DNA of 64,000 nt, from assembly GCA_951406725.2 (NCBI GenBank), contig OX597816.1:49414001-49478000 (forward strand), written 5' to 3'. This DNA comes from Octopus vulgaris. Taxonomy: Eukaryota. The position numbers and the translations under genes were made by a program. Position 1 is the first letter of the stretch. Each line of letters starts with the position of its first letter. Positions 52,911 to 64,000 of the stretch are shown here, piece after piece. Below the pieces are notes generated by a model that saw only the letters and a list, made by a program, of their open reading frames with translations, was not told where the DNA came from and did not search any database.

Positions 52911-55075
52911 TTCTTATTCACCTGGAGGTGTGGTCCGAACTAAATCCCAAACATCTTTACCGACCAGTCCGTCCAGCGCCCAACGATGCTGCTGGACGAC
53001 ATGGACTTGCTTCACCAGGTACCGAGCTGCAAACCCATCGACCCTTCCAGCTTAAATTTTGCTCCCGTCAACTTTTCTTATTCCTCCAGTGATGTGCCGA
53101 CCACCTCGATTTCTGAGGTGTCTGACACCATCACGGTGATGAAGTTTGCATAAACCGACACAGCACTTCCGCGTCCGGTTTCGAGCGGAATGCCCTGCAG
53201 CAGCTTCAGTTTCTGCAGTAAATGCTCAAGAGTCAATACGTACAGAAAGGAGGAGAGAGGGCATCCTTGACGGATCGATCTGGAGATCTGAAACGCCTAC
53301 GAGAGGTGGCCATTAACTTTGACCACCGAGCATATGCCACAGTTCCTTGCAGATATCCAACCTGTAAAGGCGGGGCCGAAGCCAGCTACCATGAAGACAG
53401 TCTCCGGGTACCGATGGTCGACCATATCGAGTGCTTTCGATAGACCAAAATTGATCCGTGCGTAGCGAAGCCAGTTTTACCTCGCACCATTTCTATGATG
53501 TATCACATATGTTGGGAGTTGTCCTGTATGGACCTGGCCGGGGATGCGCATTTTTGCGCCACCCAGGCGAAATCTTCGACGACAAGCACCAACCTCATAG
53601 CTAGAACTTTTACCAAAATCTTAAAGTCTGTATTTGGAGTTATCGGCCTGAAGTTATCTAATGTGTCCCTTTTGTTTTAGCCTTTCCTTATCAGCATCAT
53701 TATGCGCCGGCTCACAGCACTGGGGATTTTTCTGTTCTGCTGTCAGTCACAATAGAGCGCTCCGAGTAGATAGGAGAACAAGTCTGGCATATTTACGTGA
53801 ATCTCGTAGGGCAGACCAACCAAACCGGGTGACTTGTACATCATTGTGCAGCCGAGAAGGTCACGCTGAATTCCGGCTGAAGTTATCTGCTCTTCGCAGC
53901 ATTCAGGGTCGGCCGTCAAGAGGTGCGACAAGCCGTCGAAGTAGGAGCCGAAATCCGCTACTGTCTCTGACCCGCCACTCCCCGCGAACAACTGAGCAAA
54001 GCACTGGCGAAAGGCCTCATACGTCTGCCTGAAATCACCCAGCTCGTGTCCCTCTCGGTCCGTGAAAGACCGAATTGCGGTCTTGTTACCGCGCTGCGTC
54101 TATACCACGCGGTCCCATCGAAGAACTTTGGTCTCCTCGTTTGTCAGAGCACGCACCTTAACTCTGACAATGCAACCTTCATCTTTCGCATTGAAAAAAT
54201 GGTCTAATGCCACTCCCACTGCTAGCACGTCGATTTCAGTGCCACTATAAATAGCCTCGTCTAACTTAGCTACTAGCTACTTCTTTCAATTTTTTTAACG
54301 TTTCTTCTGTGCTAAATCCGATCGACATTTCTCTAATCTTTTTTGAGAGTCTGCCATGACATGTTGTTGACGATTCCCCATGTCAACTTTTGGTGGACTA
54401 AATTATTGACCCGGTATCTGTAAGCCTTACGTGAGGGAAACATATTCAGCTTTCAGTAACCGGGTCCTAACCTACGCGTTTTATCTAGGTCGACAGTACA
54501 GATTACAAACATGTGATCTGAATAGGTGACTGTTTTAAAAAGAGGACATCCTACACTATTACTGTCTATTTTCCTAGTGAAAATCTTTTCCATATACGAC
54601 CTAGAAGACCCTATGTAGTTGGTCCAGGTCAACACTGGTGCATCCGGGAAATCTCGACCGTACCTGCCAGACAGTTGGAACTGGCCAATCAGGTGCTTCA
54701 GACTTTTGTAGCATCCGCTCTACTCCCACACAATCCCAGCGTGTTTCTAAGATGCTATTCCACTCGCCCACTAACAGTAATGGGCGAGACGTGCCTAGAA
54801 AGTCTACCAAGCGCTTAAAGAAATGCAGCCATTTGGTCCTGGCAGGGGCGTAGACGGCTACCTGTCTAAAAACCCCACCTTCGCTATTACTCGCGCCCAA
54901 GACCACTAATTTACTGTCTGGGTCCCGAAAGATCAATCTTACCTCGAGATCTGGGTCTTTCCTAAACAGCATTGCCGCCCCTTCTCCCATTCCCAGACGA
55001 CGAATAGATACAAAGATCTGAGAGTCATCGAAAATGGGGCCTAGTGCGCGTGTGTTGGAAATCCACGTTTCCTTG
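52911..55075 (-). mobile_element. L1/Tx1-clade LINE ORF2 fragment (APE endonuclease + RT), decayed
   Basis: VAVYAP..FF..LLLVGEWN, TWTN..SDH, DNFRPIT..DFKILVKVLA, SIRQGCPLSP, remnant YAD-like motif; GC-rich against the surroundings. Confidence 0.85.
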
Positions 55076-55698
55076 CATGTATTGTTGATGTTGCTGTTGC
55101 TGCTGCTTCTACGACGACTACTACTATTACTAATGCTGCGGCTGCTGCTACTGCCGCTGCTTCTGGCATCGGTGGTAGCTGTGGTGATGGTGGTGTTCTC
55201 GCTTGTATTGCTGGTGTTTGTAATTTTCTCTTGTTTCTGCAGTGGTAAAGGGAATCCGTGTTCATACGCTCCACGTGCAATATTGTTGCTTTTGTTATTG
55301 TTGATGCTATTGTTGTTGTTGTGGTTGTTGCTACAGCAGTCGCTGTGTTGTTGAACTTAGCTGTTCTGTCTTGCGGATAAGCATTCGCCATCTTGGATTT
55401 TAGCGAAAAAAAAGGGGGCGTTGTTACCCAAACAAATCCGAAAATAGCCTCTAAGGGCTACAAACGGGAAAGAACTAACCAGTTCTCCAAGGCCCTGATT
55501 TGTTTAACTAAGTAACAATAACAAATGTACAATGTAAAACAATGTATAAATATATGAATAATAGCAAAATTACGCAGCATTATGCAAGCACTTGTCGATG
55601 GACGAAGAAAAACAACAACAAAGACAACAACAAAAACAACTACAACAGCAACAACAACAACAACAACAACAATAATGATAATAATAATGATGATGATG

Positions 55699-55763
<65 letters not shown>

Positions 55764-56020
55764 TTCCAGAATACAGTGAGCAGTAACAATACTCTAGTGA
55801 TACATCACTAAAGTATGTGGAGTCTGAAAATACTGGTCGATAAGTCAGTGATTTGTATTTGGCAATGTTTCTCGTTTCGTTTCTCTTTTACTATTATTAT
55901 AGTTATATAATTTCTCTCTCCAACTCTCTTAGAAATATATGGCGCTAAGATTTACTACTATAATATTTGCGGTGAATATATTTATACATGTGAGAATATG
56001 TATATGAATTCATATATTTG

Positions 56021-56051
<31 letters not shown>

Positions 56052-56124
56052 TTTTGTATGCATGAATGGATATACAGGTTGGGCCAAAGACACCCTCAAA
56101 ACTGACATTTTATGTACGTTACGT

Positions 56125-56280
56125 TGTTGAGCAGAAACAGCACGTCGGTCAAAAATGCTTTGCGTCATTTCGTCCGTCCTTACGTTCAGATCCTGCCGAG
56201 GTCACTTTTGCCTTTCCTTCTTTCAGGGGTCGCCGAAATAAATACCAGGCAGGCACTGGGTTAATGTAGTCAACTAGACC
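56125..56280 (+). mobile_element. SINE family 3, decayed
   Basis: CTGCCGAGGTCACTTTTGCCTTTCCTTCTTTCAGGGGTCG..AAATACCAG..CACTGGG. Confidence 0.65.
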
Positions 56281-56305
56281 CCTTATCATCATTATTAATA
56301 TTATT

Positions 56306-56353
56306 GCGTGAAAGAGCAGTGCATGCCATCATAGTGACACTGGGGTAGAATAC
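56306..56353 (-). mobile_element. Non-coding (TAA)n-embedded element, copy 5 (terminal ~50 bp)
   Basis: Reverse complement of 10735-10782; preceded by an ATT-rich tract. Confidence 0.6.
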
Positions 56354-56423
56354 TCTGATTTCTCACTACGTTTCGTATCCGAGAAGTCATACATACGTTT
56401 ATATATGTACGTATATGTATACG

Positions 56424-56505
<82 letters not shown>

Positions 56506-57173
56506 TGTGTGTGTGTGTGCCTGCGTGTGTGTGTATCACCTTTGTTGTTTCATTTTACTTAAAATATATTTTAAATGAAAGTGCTCATTAGAGACACTTT
56601 ATTTTCAATGTTTAATTTATTATTCAAAACTTTGCTGTTTCCGTTTTGGTCGTGACTGCTTCGTTTTGTTTATACGATTCGTACGACATCTATGCTGCAA
56701 GATATGTCTCCCTCCCCCTCTCTATAAATACATATATCTGAATGTCCGTGCATGTGTGTGTGTGTATGTAAATGTATATGCGTACTTTTTCACACACTAA
56801 CGTACATAGTCAAACGTACCTACATACATTTAAAACCACTCAAACGGACACCCTGTCTCCCCACTTACTCTCCAGCCGTTGCTTTCTAACAAAAAGAAAA
56901 TCAGAGCATAAATAAATATATTATATTTATAAAAGCAAATTTATGGGAATAAAATATTAAGATGCTTAATTTGGTTACGTTTTTGCCTTAAAGCAAATAA
57001 ATTACAGTAGTTGTGTTTTTTTCTTTCACTTGAAAACTAAATTAATAAGAAATCAGTTTAAACAAATCTTCTCTTGTAACAGAAAAATTTAGCAATACAT
57101 TAATGTATGCCTCTCCTTCTCTCTCTCTCTCTCTATCTATCTCTATCTTTCTCTCTATATAAATATAGACATG

Positions 57174-57241
<68 letters not shown>

Positions 57242-59108
57242 CATATAGGGTGTGTGTGCGTGCACACACACAGATATATAGTTATGTATTCATACACATA
57301 CACATATACACACATATATAAAACACTCAGACACGTATATTGGTTTCAAATTTTTGGCACAATGCCGAACTCATACACACACGTATTACATAATCATCGT
57401 TGTCGGAATTTTTGCGATATAAACTAGTGAAGAATAAAACAGTCATTAAGCGCATTCGCAATATTTGTATATGGAATGATAAGAACATGTCATTATAATT
57501 AACTTTATACTTCTCTGCGTCTGTTTAAACACACCTACACACACATAAACACGTACACGCATACAAACACACCCCATATTCACATATATATATACTTAGA
57601 AAGAAAGAAAGAAAGAAAGAAAGAACGAAAGAGAGAGAGAGAAAGTGAGAGGGGAGAGAATAAATTTTGCCGGTAAGACGCCATTCGAATCGATCGTTAT
57701 CTGTCTGGAATTATCAGATTGTGCCGCATGCTGTTAAGGGCTTCCGTTATTACTAACCGGCTTTAGTGTTATCCAGAGTATTGCAATCAGATTTCATTTA
57801 ATGAATCATGGGGTCTATTCTGCTATGATCCTAATGTTATATTTTTAGGAGTATGCAATCCTAATGGATTCTTGGAATGAATATTTACTAAATGAAATAA
57901 TCTTCGATAATAACATAGGGATAGTATCTCGAATCCTATTTCAGCGATATTCCTGGCTGTTTTCGAATCAAATACATATCAGTCAAGCAATCAAGCGTAT
58001 AAATTGGCTATATCTAATATTATCCAGATTGTGGAGCGCTTGTTAATGCGTTCCGCGGGTGGTAAATTTTCTAAACAAATATAATACAAACATAACATTA
58101 TGTTCTCTCTGTTCTTCCATAGGAAGTAGTGTATAATGTCTGTTATATACTTGTTATTAAATGACATGAAGTTCGTCCCTCATAAAAACCCTCTTTGTAT
58201 CCTTTTCAATAGTTGCGTGATACAACATCGTCAGAGAAAGGCGACATTCTTTAAAATAAAAGAATACTGTCCTAATGGAGCTGATAATTGATTGTCAAGA
58301 GAGGAACTGTCTGGTTGTGTGCCTTATTTGAAGGTAAGAATAAATTATCTCATAGTGTTATATGGGATAATTATGCGTTGTTCGGAAATGGGAGCTTGCT
58401 ATAGATACAAAGGCCGCGGTTATGATACTTTCTACATTAACGCTGCATTTTCCTGCTCCTGGTTCTACTGTTGATTGTGTTAGAGGTAGTTTTTCTATAG
58501 TAGCTTCTCACTAATTCCACCTTATGGTAGTGGGTTGTCGTAAGGAACAAGGGGTATATTAACTTGCCCTTTCAAATATTTGAATTTTCCTTGAATGTCT
58601 TTGTGTACAATTGTCCCCAAATCTAATTTAATACTTAAAATATGAATAATTGTTAGGTTGACGAGAATAATGTTCATCAATTGAATTTCTTCGATGCTTA
58701 ATGCAAACTTCCTTGACTATATTCATAAATCTTCCGTTCCTTGTAAGAATAGTTAAAACGTAGTTTTTTTACATTTCCATAATGTGGTAATCTGTAGAAA
58801 GATATGTTCTTATTAGCTTATTAAAATAGTTAACTACAAAAATATTTGAAATAGTGCTATTTCAGCGTTTAATGCAGTTTCGTGACATTAACATTCTGAT
58901 AAATGTAGCTATACCAATATTAAATTTACACACAGGCGAGCGCATGTGCGTGTATATGAGGATATATATCTATAGATGCATATATATAACTATTTATTTA
59001 TGCATGTATGTACATACATATGAATGTATGTACATATACTTACACATATACATTGATATACATATGTATATGCGTGATGTTTACCGCTATTTAAACATGC
59101 CTGTCCCA

Positions 59109-59551
59109 TAGGAACCGAAGTTACTGCTATTGTAATGCCAGGAGGTTGCCTTCTGCAAGTGATTATTCGATGCAATCTGTACTTGATATATATTGCAACC
59201 AGGGAAGCGAACCTCTACAAACTTCCAACAATAACACCACCAGACCGCACGGTTTCGACCTCTTTGTGGTCATCCTCATTGGCGGATACTCGTAAGCTAG
59301 ATACTCCAGTTTACAATATATATGAATCAAGTGATACATAGTCATTGATATTGCAACAAGCAAAGTAGTTAGGTAGAAAATCCATATAAATAATGGAAGC
59401 AGTAACTAGACTAAGAGGTAACGTTAACTGAATCTTCGGTAGAAAACGACGTTACTGTTATTTTTAACCCCAGAAAGACTCCTTCTCTAGCTGGTTATCC
59501 GATGCAATCTGAATCCGATATATATTGGAAGCAGGTGGAGTGAACCACTAC
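59109..59551 (-). mobile_element. Penelope-like pseudo-LTR remnant: diverged direct repeat around a hammerhead relic
   Basis: DR 59109-59218 and 59440-59551; hammerhead-like motif 59245-59285; ends at (TA)n. Confidence 0.6.
59245..59285 (-). ncRNA. Degenerate type I hammerhead ribozyme
   Basis: CCGC-CA-ATGAGGA-T-GACC ACAAAGA GGTC-GAAA-CCGT-GCGG. Confidence 0.5.
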
Positions 59552-59554
59552 CAT

Positions 59555-59595
<41 letters not shown>

Positions 59596-62534
59596 TATAT
59601 ATTCTATACGTACACACAATCATTCACACACTACCGTGTGTGATTAATATTCTTAAGGTCAACATTTACTCACTTATGTTTATTTGTAGGCTTTGTCACT
59701 AACTCACATCTTTAACCAAATTATATAGTCCACATTTTCCGTTTGGTGACTTCATAAGCTACATTTAGCGCTAAAATATTTGAAAATTGGTTCAGTAGAA
59801 AACAAATTTGAGTCAATTATACATGAGGTCACAGACGGAAGAATAATGCCTGAAATCTAACTTGAGTCCAAATGTTGATTTTTTCGAATAAATCTATATA
59901 TCATTTTAGCTTATATGATAGATCTCTACGACAGGAATCTATCCATGTTAGCTATATGCAAATATATTCAGTAGAAAAAAAGTACTGAGGCAAAAATAGA
60001 GGAAATTAACATCTGAAATCGATTTCGATTCAAAATACTATTTTTCTTTGAAAAGAGAACAATAATTAAATTTAACTTTTCTCATAGATTTCTACTACAG
60101 GAATCCCATGATCCAAATTATATTTAAAAAATAAAAAATATAAAAATACTGGGGTACTCGATAAAATGAATATCAGCTGACCACTGAGGTCGATGTAGTC
60201 AATCCCGTCTGGATTTGATGACCTTCTGCCAGAATTAGGAAACAATATTGTAAAATGTTTGATTGAATTCAGTATTTAGGTATCTTGCAAAAATCTACCC
60301 CATATTCACAGAAGACATTATATTGTTATAAATATATATCGTAATAAGCAGCATTGACACACGGCAGTTTGTGAATAATATTCTTAAGGTCAACATTTGC
60401 TCACGACAACTTCTAAGCTTTTTCTAAGACCAATTCAGTCTTTTACCAAATTCAATAATGTTTATACATTATTAGATTGGTCATCTCCTAAGCTACATTT
60501 TAAGATACAAAATGTGAAATTTGGTTCAGTAGAAAAAATGGTGAGTATTCAAATATGTAAGGTTAAAAAGGGGAGAATAAAACCAAACAGCGACTTCAGG
60601 AATATTAACACGATGCAGCATACATACGTTCGTAAATACACTCACACACACTCACGCACACACAGACAAACAATGCAAACATGCATACACACACGCACCC
60701 ACATGCACATATAAATACATTTTTATCAGAAAAAGAAACCAAAATCATTATACGAGGAGGAATTTTTATTAAGCAAACGAAAGCAACGCATGACGACGTC
60801 CAAAGTTATAAGAATTTCTGAAATTTTAATAAGAATTTTGTTTGTGCTTGAATTATAATTAAATATTAAGCGTAGCAGAATTTAGCTCATTATTTCGTAG
60901 GGTAAATTGACAAGGCTTTTGCGTTCAGATAGTATGATTGGATTTTCAGAATACTTGGATTCAGATTTTTTTTATATTTTCAAGCAAGTTCACAAGAACT
61001 GTAGCTGAATTGCAGGCCCTATTTTCATTTTGCATGAAGTTTGACTAACAAACTAACTTTGCCCTAACAAGGGCAGGTGACACCCCCTGCTTTACGGTGG
61101 ATACATTGGTTATTTTTGCATTTTAAAAATTATTTATGTTAGACACAGCTTTACTACTCATATGATCAGATTTTCATATGTTCTCATACCACATCTTGCT
61201 AGCTCTTCTCACAATATATAGGTATAGCTAATTTATTTCTTGATTTTATAATAAAATTAGTATTACATTAATATTCACTATTATATAGAAAATTAATTTT
61301 CCCAATAAATTGTCACACTTTCTCTTTTAGCGCCTTCGTATTTTGCACTTTGTTTCAATATAAAAATTTTATATACTGTTAAGATATGGGATTTGATATT
61401 TTTAAAATCATAATTACATTTCTCACTATTCTAAAAAGTAATCAATTTTAAAGGAAATAAATATACTGGTAGGTTTCATTTAATTGAAATATTTTTAACA
61501 AAAGAATATTTCTAAGTTTTATTGCATTACCTCGAAAAGAAGTGGATTGCAATAAAAAACGCGGGCGAATGCACGTTAATATTCTTAAATCATTATTCCT
61601 GGAAAAGTACAGAACAAAATGTTTACCTCTAAAAGAAACTAAAAAACAATTAAATTTTAAATTCTACGGTATTAGGTAAATTTGAGATAATTTATTTTAT
61701 TTATTATGAAAATTTAAAAAACAAGCAAATCTTTAAAAACATGGTACAAAAATAATCAAAATTAAATTTGAAGCAAAGATATATTTAAAATCATGTCTTT
61801 TGAAATATACAATTAAAATAGTCACTTTATATAGTTGTATCGAGTACAAAAAATAAATTATGAAGTTGTAAATAATATTACACATGATTTCATTTTCACT
61901 TGAATTGAAATCCCATTACAAAAAAAAAAAATTACTAAACAAAACCAGTCATTGCAGTGCAGTAAAATGGTCATTAGATGGTTTTAAATCAGCCATATGC
62001 TCATTCCATTCTTCCACATTGAAAAAAAAAATTAATCTCCCAAATAAATCATAAGTAAAATTTATTAGTTATCATTAATACAGTAGAATTAGTTTAATTC
62101 GTCTTAAGCTAATTCGTTACTTCACCTAATTCATCACTTCCGATTTTCTCCTAGAGATGACCAATGAGACGAATTCTACTCTATTTTTTAATAACTTAAT
62201 ATTATTTTGCCAAAATAATAAAAATTACTGGGGCTATACGTGAAAAGAGTTTCTGAATATAAATCCATAGGCTTAAAGTCGGATGGGGTTATTGTTGGAA
62301 AAACTCAATAATATCTTCATAATTTTTTGGTTTTAATAAAATATAGTAAATTTTAAAAATGTTATTTGTGGCTGCAATATTTTAAGTACAGTAGAATTCT
62401 AACTTCAAGTATGTTTTAAATTTCTTTAGACGTGACGAATTAGGCAAGTTCTCCTGTTGAAATCTTGTTCTGTACTTTTACAGGTGTAATAACCTAAGAA
62501 TATTAACCTGCATGCTCCTGAATTTTTCATTGTA

Positions 62535-62593
<59 letters not shown>

Positions 62594-63149
62594 TAGCAAT
62601 CTACACAAATATGTATGTGTATATTAAAGCTTCTTTCTATGTATACAGTTAAGCATTAACTGAAGGATCGCTCAATACATGTAAATAAAAGATATATTTT
62701 TAGAAACTAAAGTTAGCTTCTCAGTTTGAAAGTTCATTGGTTGGGGACACCAAAGAAAATCTAGTGGAAATAAATTCAACAATACCTTAATGGCATCGAT
62801 CGTACTAGTCTCTAAGGTGCTACAAGCGTTATGTGCGCATCTATTTTCTCCAGCCTCACCAAGGAAAAAGAAAGAATACTGTGGATAGCAATGGATTTCC
62901 CATTGTGTATTTCCTTTACTTCATTTCAGTAAGCTAGCTGAAAATCTTCTAAATGATAAAATTTTCAAATCAGTTACTTTTGAAATAAGGCTCTCTTGAT
63001 AATTGTTTGATTTTCCACGTACGTGCTACTGTTTTGTATAATCAATCAATTGCTTATATATTTCCAAAAGGAATAATTGGATATCTGCTATTATATGTTG
63101 CCTGTGTGTGCTTGTGTGTGTGTGTATGCACATATCCACACATACGCAC

Positions 63150-63412
63150 ACATACCTTCTTCTCTTAGACTCCACTGTCTTAGAAAGAAATTTTCAATCA
63201 CCCATTCCCTTCCCGTCATTTCAAAATGTAACCACATGTGAATCATTGGCGATATTTTTCCTCCCTCTCACTACTGGACTTTCCTATGTCTTCTGTTTCT
63301 GAAGACGAGCTTTGCTTGTAACGTAAAACCACATTTCTTTTCTTCCCTGAACATCTGCTAATACTTTACATGCACCACGTCCCAGGGTTCTTTTTTGTGT
63401 TAATTCTCCATT
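63150..63412 (+). mobile_element. Penelope-like / retrozyme-like short element, related to 17395-17578
   Basis: Shared layout: hammerhead, pyrimidine-rich segment, TTTTTTGTGTTAATTCTCC, then (TA)n; left boundary approximate. Confidence 0.55.
63295..63329 (+). ncRNA. Degenerate minimal type I hammerhead ribozyme
   Basis: GTTT-CTGAAGA-C-GAGC TTT GCTT-GTAA-CGTA-AAAC; GAAA mutated to GTAA. Confidence 0.55.
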
Positions 63413-63425
63413 ATATATATAAATG

Positions 63426-63478
<53 letters not shown>

Positions 63479-63665
63479 CACACACATACATAGAAAGATA
63501 AACAGATAGAGAAATATAGAGAGATACATAAATAGTCGGATAAATATTTATATGTATGTATATATATACACATTTACATATATATTCATATATATGTATA
63601 TACATATATATATATGTATGCATATATATATGTATATACATATATATATATATATGTATGCATAT

Positions 63666-63727
<62 letters not shown>

Positions 63728-64000
63728 ACACATACACACACAGATATATATGTAGATAGATAGATCTTTCTGTGTTATGTTTAAAGTGAGAGCGTATGCC
63801 TGGAGATATATATTCATATTTAATACATCTATTTTTTGCATAAAAATTTCGTTTTTACCCTGCACTTTAAGCATTCTCCTCCATATATTTTATGACTACA
63901 GCTACAAACAAGCACATGCATATTCTAACACACCAGGACATTTAAGAAAGCATATATGTACACATGCATACAAGCAGGCAAATACAGTTACAGACAATGC

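Noticed and set aside
55041-55391. 116-aa Thr/Ala-rich ORF next to the L1/Tx1 fragment as ORF1 or a host exon
   Set aside because: Built from degenerate trinucleotide repeats; no domain or splice evidence

Overview
AT-rich, microsatellite-dense eukaryotic DNA made almost entirely of transposable elements. The SINE families and repeat landscape look like an Octopus (coleoid cephalopod) genome; that assignment is an inference. I found no host gene exon, so this is probably intronic or intergenic. Main contents: (i) nine pieces from about five sequence-distinct subfamilies of Dong/R4-clade non-LTR retrotransposons (RT + CCHC + restriction-like endonuclease). All are oriented with (TAA)n on their sense strand and are often stacked in one microsatellite. 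One has an uninterrupted 777-codon 5'-truncated frame at 10851-13184. (ii) A ~555-bp non-coding, non-tRNA element present in 5 pieces, sitting in the same (TAA)n sites; it is a candidate non-autonomous partner of Dong. (iii) Three tRNA-headed SINE families, one of which shows three alternative 3' tails. (iv) Penelope-like remnants in (TA)n tracts, with long inverted or direct repeats and several decayed minimal type I hammerhead ribozyme motifs. (v) A full-length decayed mariner, Tc1/Tigger/mariner MITEs, a Helitron-like element, and decayed L1/Tx1 and RTE-like LINEs. Most short ORFs in the track are microsatellite or antisense artefacts.
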